Positions 23,119-35,868 of a stretch of DNA of 64,000 nt are shown here, one piece after another. Each line of letters starts with the position of its first letter. The first letter of the stretch is position 1. Under the pieces are notes generated by a model. That model did not search any database. It worked only from the letters and a program-made list of their open reading frames with translations, and was not told where the DNA came from. Both the position numbers and the translations under genes were made by a program. The DNA is from Podarcis muralis (Eukaryota), in contig NC_135658.1 in NCBI RefSeq assembly GCF_964188315.1, positions 62,496,001 through 62,560,000 on the forward strand, written 5' to 3'.

Positions 23119-25847
23119 CACATGTGGAGTACTCCAGCTTCACAATGCTGGACAGAGGTTGGAGTGATGCAGAGAGGTAAAGAAAAGCTTGTGGACTCAA
23201 CTGCCCCTGTGCACCCCTACCTGAGAAGTCTGCACTCACATCTGTGTGCCCAGGTCCCAGCATAACAATCATGTATTGTGATTGCTGCAGTGAACAGCCT
23301 TTCATTTCACAGCCCTAAAATGTCCCTGGGACTCTTGAAAGCTAGAAACCAAGAGAGAAAACATACTCTGACTCTTGATTGCTTTGCTGGGTTAGAGAGC
23401 TCTGTGCCCTGGGCGGCAGCTGCTACGCTCTCTGACCCAGTAAAGTATCTCAGAGCTGCTGTTACTGCTGCATTTGTAGTGCCACCTTCTTTTGGCAACA
23501 GCAGTGGCTGGATGTGAAATAGGATGGCTGTGCTGTGCTGCTTTGGCATCATTAACTACCAGAAATTGGAAGGCTATTGCTTAGCAGCACTGCTAGCGTG
23601 AACTCAGAGCAGCAGTTTGGGTTCACCTGGAGTTAAAAAGACCATCTCAACTGCATGATCCCCCTTATCCCCCTTAACCCACAGTGTTGGCTAAAAGGGG
23701 ACAACAATAGAGGCACAAGCCTTCCTCGCATGTACAACAGGTGTGCAAAGCCAATAAAAGGTGGCATTGCTCTCAGTGCTGGCTGCACTAGAGGCTCCCT
23801 ACCTAGGCCATGGTAGCTTCCCTTCTGTTCTAACCTCTGCTGGCAGCCCCGGTTCTCTATCCTCAAGTGCATCTTTGCATTCCTCCACTACAAATTTAGA
23901 ATGAAGGCCTGGTGAAGTTTGGGCTGAATGTAGCTACTCCACAATGCAAGGCTCACTGAGTTGGTCTGCCCTTGGAGTCTAATGGAATTGGATGGATTCC
24001 TGAATGCTTTGGGGGATTTTCTGGTTGACATGGCTGGTGCTCCTATTGAGATCCTTGTCTCACTGCAGAATGGAGAGATGCATAGAGTGATTGGCAGGAT
24101 TGCTCCTGCGTGCACTGGCCATTGCAGTGGAGCATTTACGTCACTTTGGTATTCCAGTGACCTTCATGTGATAAAGCAGGAGGGCCAGTAGCTAGAGTTC
24201 AGGTGGTGTAAAACTCAGTCCAGCCTCACCAAACATGGGTGAGGCTGCACCACCATGCCTACCACAGAGTGGTACTGGCAGTGAAGAAAGCTTACATTCC
24301 CTCAAGTAGTCATCTGGCAGAGCTCTGCTGAGTGTAGAGGCTATCTTGACACACTGCATCTTGACTGTGGCCTAGAAAAATAGCTGATCTTCTCAGGAAA
24401 GGAAAGGAAAGTGTAGCTGGTGGCAGTGGGCAGAAAAGCAGACAGAGATATAGAAGATGCTGCAGGCTGGATGCAATTCTTGTGAGGGCTGTTGAAGCAG
24501 CAGAAGACTCCAAGAGCTGGAATGAATGATCACTATTAGCACATTGAACACAAAGGCACTTCTGGGATTGTTAGATAAACTATATTAGGAAATCCCTGCA
24601 ACAGTAAGGTCCAATATACTGCCAAACCTGTGTGAGTCTACTGCTAAATTGGCAGCCACAGAAGCCTAGTTAAAGATATGAATTATTACACTTTGAAACT
24701 ACATATTATATTCTTTCCCCAAGGTTCCTTTAAATATCCCTGTTTATCTATGTGATTAAACGGCCCGTTGTTTGTTGCCTACACGTCAGTATGATTGGCT
24801 GGAACTCACCAGGGCTTAGACAGAAGTTCCTAATGCAGACATGCTTTCGGCACTTTCCTTTTAATTTTGGTTGCGCAAGTGCACTGTTGATTTACATTGC
24901 AATTACAACTGCAAAGACAACATGATTTAAAAGAAGGGACGGGTCTTGGAGTATGCTTTATTTCTAAACTGAGTCGCATCCTTTGACCTGCAACCCCTCT
25001 AGCTATATTTTCAAATGTGTGCATGTGGGTGGTGCTTACTCAGCGGTAAGAAGATCCCATACTCATGCTTTCGTTTTCAGATTTTTCAGCAGTTCCCCTT
25101 CTCTAACTGATTCATGAGGGAGGGCGTGAAAAAGGAGCCACTGCCCATGTGAAAACAAAAGAAAAACAATAGCCTGCTTTTGCAAGAAGCAAACAATTTT
25201 GCAAAATGGAGGAGTGGGTTTCAGCACAGCAGTACCCGACATTACATTCGTGAGGGGAAACAGCCCACATGTTCCAGGACTGAGAATGAATACCCCAGAA
25301 AAAAAGCATTGCTGCTAATTCCTTGAACATTTTTATGAAGCCTGCCTCCCCAAAGTACCATTTCAGGTTGGGTGGAGATTCCTTCCTTTTCCAGCTGTGA
25401 ATTCTTGAGAGCTTTCATTTCATTCCCATCAAAAATAGCTTTCATGAATATAGTTCTTTAGCTTTGCAAGTTTCAGATTTTATATTAGGCTGCACGGTGC
25501 TGGCAATTCCTCGCACAGGGACAGCCAAAGAGTGGAAATCAAACTCAAGTTACGTAAAACAAAGCTGGTTCTCCATACTATGACAGGCGGTATTATCACG
25601 GTGACTCGTTATAAATCAAAGTCGGCTAATTAGGGAATAAGTAAGTAAGTGCAATTCATGGAAATTTCATTCTATGTAAACAGCAGGGTGCGTGTGGTCA
25701 GACTGCTAGCAGGCAAAGCATCATTCTAGAGGGATGTATTCTTGAAGGTGTCATTACAAAATCTTAGAAAGGCATCCTGAATAGTTGAATTTAGCACACC
25801 ATTTGCAGTTATCCTGATGGTAATTATTAGTCACTGTACTTTAAAAA

Positions 25848-26197
25848 AAGGTAAAGGACCCCTGACAGTTGCAGATGACTCTGGGGTTGCGGCGCTCATC
25901 TCGCTTTACAGGCCGAGGGAGCCGGCATTTGTCCGCAGACAGTTTTTCCGGGTCATGTGCATAGCATGACTAAGCCGCTTCTGGTGCAACGGAACACCAA
26001 AACCAGAGCAGCGCACGGAAATGCCGTTTACCTTCCCGCCAGAGATACCTATTTATCTACTTGCACTTTTTGGCGTGCTTTCGAACTGCTAGGTTGGCAG
26101 GAGCTGGGACTGAGCAACGGGAGCTCACCCCGTTGCGGGGATTCGAACCGCAAACCTTCTGATCGGCAAGCCCAAGAGGCTCAGTCGTTTAGACCAC
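25848..26197 (-). mobile_element. Sauria SINE (Squam1), older subfamily, slightly 5'-truncated
   Basis: Same diagnostic blocks as 22750-23118, including B box (GGATTCGAACC on plus). Confidence 0.9.
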
Positions 26198-28592
26198 TTA
26201 CTGTTAAATGTGTTTCCTATTATGACACAGAGAGATATACATAAACATTTGTGCATGTGTCCAGCCTTAAAATGTGCTGCTACTATAGTGGTTTGAGAAG
26301 TAGTTGGCCTGCTAGGACAATACTTGTTTTCTACAGTACAAAAGGCATCCCAGATCCCTTGCATCCCTTGCATCCCAGATGGAGTAGGACTGCCCATCAG
26401 CTACATGGAAGTAGTCCCATATACCTAGCTCCAGCATAAACATGGCTAATGAAAGGAGAAGCAGAGGGGATTTGAATGGGAGGTGGAGAATTGCTATACA
26501 GCTTCCATAAGATGGTGTTGTTGCACAAACAGAAGCTTGTGCTGCAACAGCTACAGTTGAGGGAGGTTCATACTGTAAGGGAATTTGGCGAAATAGCTGC
26601 ACTGACTGATAGAAAAGACTTTCTACTCCGCCAGGATACAAAGAGCAGAGAAATAATGATGCAAAATTAAAACCGTAGCATATGGGTTCGAGGCTTTATC
26701 TTAGTTTAGCATTCTACCCTGATCTCAGTTTGCCTTGGCTTCACAGTGTTATTGTTTGTGGGTAAAACAATACCAACTCAGGGAAGAAGATTATTGCTGT
26801 ACAACAAGGCTTTTAATCATCAGGATTGCAGTGAATTGGAACTAAGTTGATTAAAGAGATATATGACATGAGAAATGTAGTAGGAACGTAATAAAGAGAG
26901 AGAGTGTGAGAGCGCAATGCACATCTCCTTCCACTGTCCTCGTTTCTATGATTTCTTCTAACCGCTGCAAGGCAATTACAAGGAGCTGTATTTCCCCCCT
27001 ATAATAACAATTCCTATTACTGTTCTGTTAAGCATTTAGAAAAGTAAAAATACTTTCAAACAGCAGAGCACTAAGATTACAAAAAATAATAATAAATACA
27101 ATTTGACCTTCAGCAATCTCAGGAGTAGAACTCTATAGAACATAACCTATATGAAGGTTCTTAGAAGAAATCCCTGTTAAATCCGAGCAGCAAGACACAC
27201 ACATCATTTCAAAAAGCAATCTCATTAGGAAAGCATAGGGAGGACAGAAGTTTGCTCAAAGGATGAAGGAAAAACCTTGCATCTTCAGAGATTTGGGTGA
27301 GCAAGTCATTTTACCTGCTATGTGTTCTTGGAGAAGCATTGCTTTCTGCAACGAGATGAATCCCTTAAGGGGAGCCAGAGATGCTTATATTTTTCTGGTC
27401 ACAAAGATGTCAAGTGCTGGGAGTTGAAAGAAACAGGAATTGACACGAAGAAAAGCTTTATTGGTTGTATAAACAATAATGAGTGCTCTCCAAAACACGG
27501 TGTGTGCAGCTCTACTTTATCCATTAGAAAAGAAGAAGAGGAATAGGGCTAGCTGCAGATAAGACTACATTGGTGGGAAAGACAGGATACTCTGTGTCTT
27601 GGGTCAACCCCTTAGGGCCATCTAGGGCTTCAATGCTGTGCTCCACCTTGTTCTACCCAATTCTGCACTCTGCTGGTTTTTCCCCTCAGAACCTAAATAA
27701 CTACTTGATACCTAGTTCCTCATCCCTTGCCCAGCTTTTCTTGTTGAATATTCACAGGGATAATTCCAATACAGGTTCTGCTCACTCCCTCTAATACTGA
27801 ACTCAGTAACACTGCTCAACAGGACAGAAGCCCAAAAGGGATTTGCTGAGAATTAACATACTTGGATGACTCCCCAAGTAAGCAGAGATTCAGAAAACCT
27901 GGAAAACCCAAGAGGGGTGGGTGGGGTGGAATTCCCACATAAGGCTTAGAACACAATTGCATGTCCCTGTGATGTATGCAAGCTTCCCCCATTCTCTGTA
28001 GCAATCTATTTGGACCAGGACTCACACAACTGACTTTCCAAAGGCCCCTGACTGTGTATAGGGGTATATGGAAGAATGGGGAAAGAGAGTACTAGGGCTC
28101 AGAACAAAAGATGAGGAATGGTAAGAGCTGAAAGAGAAATAGTGGAGAAGGCATGGACAGAGGCAAGGAGGTGGGAGTGGCAGGAATAACAGAAAAAGAA
28201 GAGCCATGTAAAACAAGGGGCACAGTAGGAAGTGAGAAAGATGGAGTCAAACAGAGTGATAGTGGGTGGTAGGCAAGCAGGTGAGGAGTTGGCCACTAAA
28301 CTCTTTAAATCAAGGATAACCTTTGGTCCCAAGGGTCACATTCTCCCTTGGCCAATCTTCAGGGGCTGCATGTGTGTGGCCAAAAGTCCCAGACCCCATT
28401 CCCCAGTTGATCCATGCAGGTCAGCTGAGAAGAGGGAGTTATTCGCTCCTCTGTCCTCCCCAAATGATCAATGTGCTACTGGGAAGGGAGCGATCTGCAT
28501 CTCCATCAGGGCACTGGGCTTCATCCATCCACAGCTGTGTCTGTTTTCTTTTTATGTCACTGGTTGGGTTAGGGGTGGGATAGAACAAAATT

Positions 28593-29096
28593 TAGACAGC
28601 ATCTTAAAAAGTAGAGACATCACCTTGCCAACAAAGGTCCGTATAGTAAAAGCTATGGTTTTCCCAGTAGTGATGTATGGAAGTGAAAGCTGGACCATAA
28701 AGAAGGCTGATCGCCGAAGAATTTATGCTTTTGAATTATGGTGCTGGAGGAGACTCTTGAGAGTCCCATGGACTGCAAGAAGATCAAGCCTATCCATTCT
28801 TAAGGAAATCAGCCCTGAGTGCTCACTAGAAGGACAGATCGTGAAGCTGCGGCTCCAATACTTTGGCCACCTCATGAGAAGAGTAGACTCCCTGGAAAAG
28901 ACCCTGATGTTGGGAAAGATGGAGGGCACAAGGAGAAGGGGACAACAGAGGATGAGATGGTTGGATAGTGTTCGCAAAGCTACCAGCATGAGTTTGACCA
29001 AACTGTGGGAGGCAGTGGAAGATAGAAGTGCCTGGCGTGCTCTGGTCCATGGGGTCACGAAGAGTCGGACATGACTAAACGACTAAAAAACAACAA
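28593..29096 (+). mobile_element. Bov-B (RTE clade) LINE, 5'-truncated 3' fragment
   Basis: Translates to LDSILKSRDITLPTKVRIVKAMVFPVVMYGSESWTIKK..LVHGVTKSRT; ACTAAACGACT tail; possible TSD AGAACWAAATT (28582-28592, 29097-29107). Confidence 0.95.
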
Positions 29097-29258
29097 AGAA
29101 CTAAATTGTTTGGGGGACTGGATCAGATGCTCAAATTGGGCTTTAGCCACCCCTGCTTTAGTTAATCCAACCTGCAACATTTTGTTTGTTCTCTGCTTGT
29201 TCTGATCTGTGTCTCAAAGGCCAAGCAATACTTTTTTGGCTCCCGGTATATCGCTAAC

Positions 29259-29615
29259 GTGGGACGCGGGTGGCGCTGTGGGTAAAAGTCTCAGCGCCTA
29301 GGGCTTGCCGATCGAAAGGTCGGCGGTTCGAATCCCCACGGCGGGGTGCGCTCCCGTTGTTCGGTCCCAGCGCCTGCCAACCTAGCAGTTCGAAAGCACC
29401 CCCGGGTGTAAGTAGATAAATAGGGACCGCTTACTAGCGGGAAGGTAAACGGCGTTTCCGTGTGCGGCTCTGGCTCGCCAGATGCAGCTTGTCACGCTGG
29501 CCACATGACCCGGAAGTGTCTCTGGACAGCGCTGGCCCCCGGCCTCTTGAGTGAGATGGGCGCACAACCCTAGAGTCTGTCAAGACTGGCCCGTACGGGC
29601 AGGGGTACCTTTACT
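29259..29615 (+). mobile_element. Full-length Sauria SINE (Squam1), younger subfamily
   Basis: Head GGGACGCGGGTGGCGCTGTGG, B box GGTTCGAATCC (29325-29335), perfect 12-bp TSD TATATCGCTAAC (29247-29258, 29616-29627). Confidence 0.95.
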
Positions 29616-31328
29616 TATATCGCTAACAGCACAATATTTGTCAGTTAGTTAGTAGTATACTGCTAGGAAACACTGAATGAGTCAGGATCCTGATCAATAC
29701 ACTTCTGATTGGCACCACTAAAGTAGCTGTAAGCTGTACTTTTTGGAATTTGCAAGAATTAGATTGCAGACTTAAAAAGGATGTCCCTTGTTTTTATAAT
29801 CCCTCCAATTTTTTTTCATGCATAGGAACAATCTTTTCAGAGGCAAACTACCAAAATTTGCTTACAAGTCTGCAAATAGTGTGATTTGCTTTTTAATATT
29901 TGGTTAACAATAATTGTGTGGCTTTCAGAATAAAATGGAATAAACTTCACAGAAATGCTAAGATCAAAAATAGCAGCATTTTGTCTAGCCAGTTTCTTGC
30001 CTCTCAGACAGAACTGCCATGAGATGTTGGATAACTGCTTTTATCTACATGCCAATATTCTAGGTTCTAAATAAAATATCCTCGTTAATCTCTTGCTAAT
30101 CAGTCTAGCAAGTCCACCACCTTCCATTATCTGTGTGCTTTGAGGTGCATATGTACATATGAGGTTTCCTACACCTCAGCAGACAGTATCTCTGTCATGC
30201 AGATCCTAACCGACCTACATAAATCTGGGCCAAAAATACAGTTTAATTACTTACTGACATTTCACCATTGACAAGCCATATGTGATGGAGATTAGCTAGC
30301 GTAATGTTTTGAAAAGGTTCTAAAGAGTCCACTGGAACGTGTAATTCATCTGCTTTAATATGCACATTTTGCTGAACCAGCACAGTTAGTTATCTTCAGA
30401 GAAGGATACAATTTAAACAGCAGAATCTACTTTTGATCACCACTTTGAAAGCTTCATTAGCACATTGCTATTCAGCACTACAGCTGCTTCTCTTTAATGG
30501 CTTAAAGTAATCAAACTGTAAGACCATCCTTCAGGAGTCCTCAAAGCAGCAGAGTATTTATATAGATATATTACTGTGGCTATAAAGGCATATTCAGAAT
30601 ACAGCACTTCTTTTCCAGTGCACACTGTTGCTAAACACAGGAAAGGAAAACCAGCTCTCTCTAAGGGGTTTTTATTTTTATTTTTAATCCCCAAAGATCT
30701 ATTACAAAAATGAAACAGAAACACTCACATCCCAAGTCTTCCATGAAACTTTTAGCCAACTTTGTAGTAAGATGGCATCAATTTATAATAGCATCCCCAT
30801 AATTTAAATTATCTGCAGTGATCAAAAGTACTATATGCACATTTCAAATCACAAATTCATTTTTAAAATATGAAATATAAGTAATATTACACTTATTATA
30901 AGAGCTTATAATTGCCTGAGTGTTTCTAAATATGCTTCTATCACTATTGAGAATTATTTCAGTCTTTGGACAAATGGGTATTATGAACAGAAAAACATGA
31001 GATACATGTCTCAAGTCCTACAAAGTGCCTACCATAATGCTGCTCAGAAGCATGGTGGTTTTGACATCAGTGAAACTAACATGCTTTGCCCTATTTGCCT
31101 CTAAATATACGAGGAAACATGTATGCTATGAGTACAGGCTAGTGCAAGATTGCCCTGGTATTAGTTTATGTCTGCTTCTTAACTCATAAAATCCATTTGT
31201 GTTCATGTTTACCAAATGGAATTCTATTCAGAGTCTCATTTGTAGCAACTCCATTTGGGCCTCGCTTCATTTAAGGCATGTTGAGACTACTCATAAGTGC
31301 AGCATACTGTCACAAGTCTCCATTTTCA

Positions 31329-31579
31329 CACTGGTGGATAAAGGTGGGAGTGGGTGTGGGGTGGCTCGCCCCGGGTGCCATCCCGGGGCCGGGGGTGACA
31401 TCGCAGTTGCCCCCGCCCCTAGGATGCTCGTCGTTTGCCGCACACCCCCAACGCGCGCCACGCCTCCCAGGATGCATGCCACACCCCCTGGGATGTACGT
31501 CACGCCCCCTGGGGTGCACGCCAGCCACGCCCCCAGATGTTCACCACTCCCGGTGCTGGAGCCGATAGCTCGGCCACTG
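31329..31579. mobile_element. hAT-like MITE related to 55969-56200
   Basis: Right end TAGCTCGGCCACTG resembles TAGCTCCGCCGCTG; left part aligns (GCCCCGG..CATCCC..GGTGACA); TSD not recovered. Confidence 0.55.
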
Positions 31580-31659
31580 CACCCAGGTTGTACTTCATCT
31601 TCTTAAACATGCAGAAATGTGCACATTTAGCACAAATCCAGCTAAGGTCAGTGAATGTA

Positions 31660-31910
31660 CAGTGGTACCTTGGTTTACGAACTTAATCCGTTCTGGAAGT
31701 CCGTTGTTAAACCAAAGCGTTCTTAAACTAAGGTGTACTTTCCCATAGCAGCGGGGACTCAATTTACAAATGGAACACACTCAACAGGAAGTGGAATATG
31801 TTCTGCTTCCAAGGCAAAGCTCACAAACCAAAACACCTACTTCCGGGTTTGCAGTGTTCTTAATCCAAGTTGTTCATAAACTAAGCTGTTCTTAAACCAA
31901 GGTACTGCTG
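31660..31910. mobile_element. pogo/Tigger-like MITE (distinct interior)
   Basis: TIRs CAGTGGTACCTTGGTTTA / TAAACCAAGGTACTGCTG, TA on both sides. Confidence 0.88.
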
Positions 31911-32784
31911 TACTAATTTAAATGAACAGCAAGACAATATAGCACACTTTGACCTCTTTACTGCTGTTCCTTTGAGAAAATGATAAGTAATGGATGGGAG
32001 CTATTTAATTAAAAAAACAACTCCTCGTGGTTATGCATGATTAAATTCACAGGCCAATAAAGATTAACATATAACACTTGCTTGTTTTTACAATGCTCCA
32101 TGGGCATATAGAGCTCTGAAAGGACAACAGTTATCCCTGTGACGAAGAGTTAATATTGTTAGAACAGTAGATTTGCTTTGAGTGCGGCATTTTTCTGGCA
32201 GATTAACACACAATCGGGGGGGGGGGGTGTCAATTCATAAATGCAAGAAGTTCTGTATTATATTATATTCATAAAGCGATTTGACCTATTTTTGATTATT
32301 TCCTTTGATGAAGTAACTAAAACTGTTGAATTTCAAAAATGCCTTTTTTATATAATTGATGCACAGGAACACAGCACCAGATTGAAAGGAACTATTCCGA
32401 GCCATAGTGAGTAGGCCTGCTGTGGACTGATTAATTGAGTTTTCCAATAGAAGAGCATGCATATTCTAACCATTGGATTCAACTTCTGAGGAATTGCTTG
32501 AAATTCAGAACTGAAAGCCTACTCGATTTTTTCTGACCTATAAGGCCTTTCCTAATTTAGCCACACATGACACATCATAAATATTGTGATCAATGAGACA
32601 GATCAGCACTCTGTCTGCACCTTTTTTTAAATTAAAGGTGTTGGAACTGTGATCTGCTTGTGTATTACATCTTCTGAACCAAAATTTCTGCCTTTTAGCA
32701 GGCATGTATGAGGAATGGTGAAAGAGAGAGTGCCTTTCAGGGCCCTGGTGGTTACACCATGGGACACTCTATTATCTTCAATGA

Positions 32785-33322
32785 TGTCAGTGAAGTTAAC
32801 TCTTTATTCAAAGAAACTAAAACCACACAGGCCTAGTGATCACGGCAACTCACCCCAGTCTTGCCCCAGTGAAGCAGTTACAATGACTGAAGGTCCCTAC
32901 CTTCCCACCACTCTCTAAGGCTCCTCCCCCAATTCCTAAGGCTCTGTTGCCTTGTATCTTGTTGCTCTGCCCTCTCCATTTCTCTGCATGTTCTAGGAGA
33001 CATGGGGGTAGGGGAGCTGGTTGCAGCAGGAGAGGGAGACTCCCTTGATTCTTCAGCGGCAAGCCTCATTGCTGCCTCTTTGCCTCACCTCCTCTTCTTC
33101 CTCTGAGCCTGGACTGCTCTCTGCGTCAGACTCTTCCCACTCACTAAACCCTGTTGCCTCTTAGCTTCCTCCTCCCAGTCTGCTCCCTCTTCTCCCTACG
33201 ACAACACATCATCATCCCACGACCAACCCCCTGGCTCTGAACCTTCTTCACCTGGGGGGTTCCTTGGGGGGTTCCCCAGCTGGTGCCCTCACCACTCTTC
33301 TGCATCTATCCAGCCAATGACA
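32785..33322 (-). mobile_element. Solo LTR-like element (Gypsy-like)
   Basis: TGTCA..TGACA ends, AATAAAGAGTTAAC on the minus strand near one end, purine-rich U3-like body; no TSD found, so the left boundary is uncertain. Confidence 0.55.
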
Positions 33323-33486
33323 TTAACATGGGTCTTTCTTTGCGCTTGATCCAGAAATTGCAGTTAGTTCAGAATACTGTGGGATGGTAGCTCACAGGAG
33401 TGAGAGCTTGTTGGTATATAACCTTTGCTTAGAGACCTGCAGTAACTGCTGATTTGCTACCAGACCAAGGTGTTACTATTAGTATA

Positions 33487-34028
33487 TCATAGAATTGTAA
33501 AGTTGGAAGGGACCCTGAAGGTCATCTGGTACAACCCCCTGCAATGCAGGAATCCCAGATAAAGCATCCATCACAAATGGGCATCCAAGCTCTGATTAAA
33601 AACCTCCAAGAAAGGAAAGTCAACCACCTTCTGAAGGAGTCCGTTCCACTGTTGAACAGTCCTTACTGCTAGAAAGTTTTTCCTGCTGTTTAAACCTTTC
33701 TTGCAACTTCAATCCATTGGTATTTGTCCAATCCTCCAGAGCAGGAGAAAGCAAGTTTGCTCCATTTTCCATGTGGAAGACCTCATATATCCTCTCCGTC
33801 TCCTCTTTCCCAGGCTAAACAAACTCAGTAGTTGTTTCCAGACCCTTGATCACCTTGGTTGCCCTCCACTGTATACTTTCCAGCTTGTTAATATCCTTCT
33901 TAAATTGTGGTGTCCAGAACTGGACACAGTGCCCCAGGTGTGGTCCAACGAAGGCAGAATATAGTGGAACTTTTACTTCCCTTAATTTGGACACTATGCC
34001 TCTGTTGATATAGTATAGAATAGCCCTT
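33487..34028 (-). mobile_element. CR1 LINE 3' fragment
   Basis: CATAGAATTGTAAAGTTGGAAGGGACC..GTCATCT tail and CCAGAACTGGACACAG / CAGGTGTGGTC CR1 ORF2 blocks on the reverse strand. Confidence 0.85.
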
Positions 34029-35801
34029 AAGAGTTTGGGAGCAGTTTACTTAATGAGATCACCTTACACCATATATGCCAACAATAATCCAGACTTTTTG
34101 AATGTTGACATGCATTTTAATCTGTTTTACAATTTATCGTTTATTTTAATTATTTTTGTCTGTTTTAACCCTGTTGGGGGGTTACTGATAATTTCATTGT
34201 TTTATTCTTTTTGTAAACTGCTTTGTTGTTTCATTACAGTCAAGAGATATAACATTTTGTTTTTGTTTTTGTAAAAAATAAACCTAATGGCAAAGGAATA
34301 TTGCTACTATATTCCTCCCTGCAACAAACCCAGGAAGTCTTATTATTCTAGAACCATTCAGACTTTCAATCAACAGCTAGAAGAGTAGTATTTCCCTTTG
34401 TCTGAGGTGCTATGTCAAGAAATGCCAACACTCATAAGCCATCCTGCTACTAGACAGACTTAGAAAGTTCATGAAAAGTGAATTTTTGGAAGCCAGCAAA
34501 AACCAGAGACTTCAGTTGTCAGTCAGAATTTAAACAAGAAAAAAAATCAACGTTACACATTTCCTTCACTCAACTGACACAGAATGTGGTCTCTGACTAT
34601 CTTTGAATGATCCTACCCCCTAAGGTTAGAAGGAAATTCATATATTTTTTTTAATCCAAAGCATGTGGCACTGGAAACCAAATCCTCATTGTGACATTGG
34701 CTTAATAATTAACTGGATTTCCTATGATACAACAGATGTTAACTTGGAAAAGTGTTCCATGCACAGCGGCATTGGTTTTTGGTATTTAATTTTGTATATT
34801 TTCCATTCTTTGAATTTTAAATTCTTTGCCACACCAAGAAAGGTGACTATTGCTTTCATTTTTAAAATCACTTTTTACAGCTATAGGCAGTATTGGCCAA
34901 TGAAGTAAGACTGACGAAGTCTCTTACAATGGCAAGAATGATTTTATTATTCTTTCTGATAGATGATGGCATGGTTTGAATGATACTGATTCTACAACTT
35001 TAGCCCCCCTTCAGCAAATCATTGTTGAACTTTACTCACTGGGTATAAATTTTAAAATATTTATGTCCACCTTGCACAGCTTTAAATCCATTATTTGTAA
35101 TTATTTGTATTTGTAATTTGTATTGGGATGTTGAATAATGTTCAATTGCCTTTTCATTATACTGTGAATTTGTTGACATATGTAAAAACAGTCTTCCCAA
35201 TATATATCTATATGATCCAATGCTATACACCCTAGTTTTTCAGCAAGACTGACTTTTACAAAATATCAAGTTCTGCTCCAAGGAAAATTGAATAGTTTAA
35301 AAAAACAAACACGTTTGCCCTTGGCTTATTAAAGTTCACCATTACAATACTGTACTAGAATATAAGAGATATATAGAATTAAAATGGCTGTTACATATTG
35401 GTGCAATAACATGTATTGTTAACACTGCTTTAATTTTATACACTTTTATGTGTTAGGGCCCTTCCAGACATCCTCACATTGTTGACGGTGAAACTGAGTT
35501 AACAGGAAGGTGAGCCTGAGACCTGTTAAGTCAGTTTCACCCTCAACAGTGTCCAAGACAAACACAAAAAGAGAGGGAATGGTGTGTCATAGAGTTTCCC
35601 CCCATTCACAATCATATCTATCCGCAGAATTATTTCCATAAGAAATATTTCGGGGGGGGGGGGGGATGCAGCTGTGATTTACAACCCGCACCCCACTACC
35701 AATGGGGCCATTTCACCAACCATTTTTCTGAGCAACAATGGTATTTTTGTTTGTGTAACAGCACCCATTTCTACTGCCTACTGCCTTGGAATTATGTTCA
35801 G

Positions 35802-35868
35802 GGCATTGAGGAGTGTACAAAATGGCAGCTGGTCTGCCAACACAGGAGAGCTCTTTTCTTTTAAGAAG
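35802..35868 (+). other. Candidate exon (67 nt) upstream of a 130-nt canonical intron
   Basis: TTATGTTCAG acceptor, AAG/GTGAGT donor, long pyrimidine tract plus CAG at 35997-35998. Confidence 0.25.

Noticed and set aside
28232-28592. N-terminal half of the 280-aa ORF 28232-29074
   Set aside because: Chance read-through of unique flank into the Bov-B frame; only the C-terminal part is LINE-derived.
30494-30645. Minus-strand acceptor followed by an open frame (TVCTGKEVLYSEYAF..)
   Set aside because: No convincing donor; the frame runs to a stop; no homology recognised.
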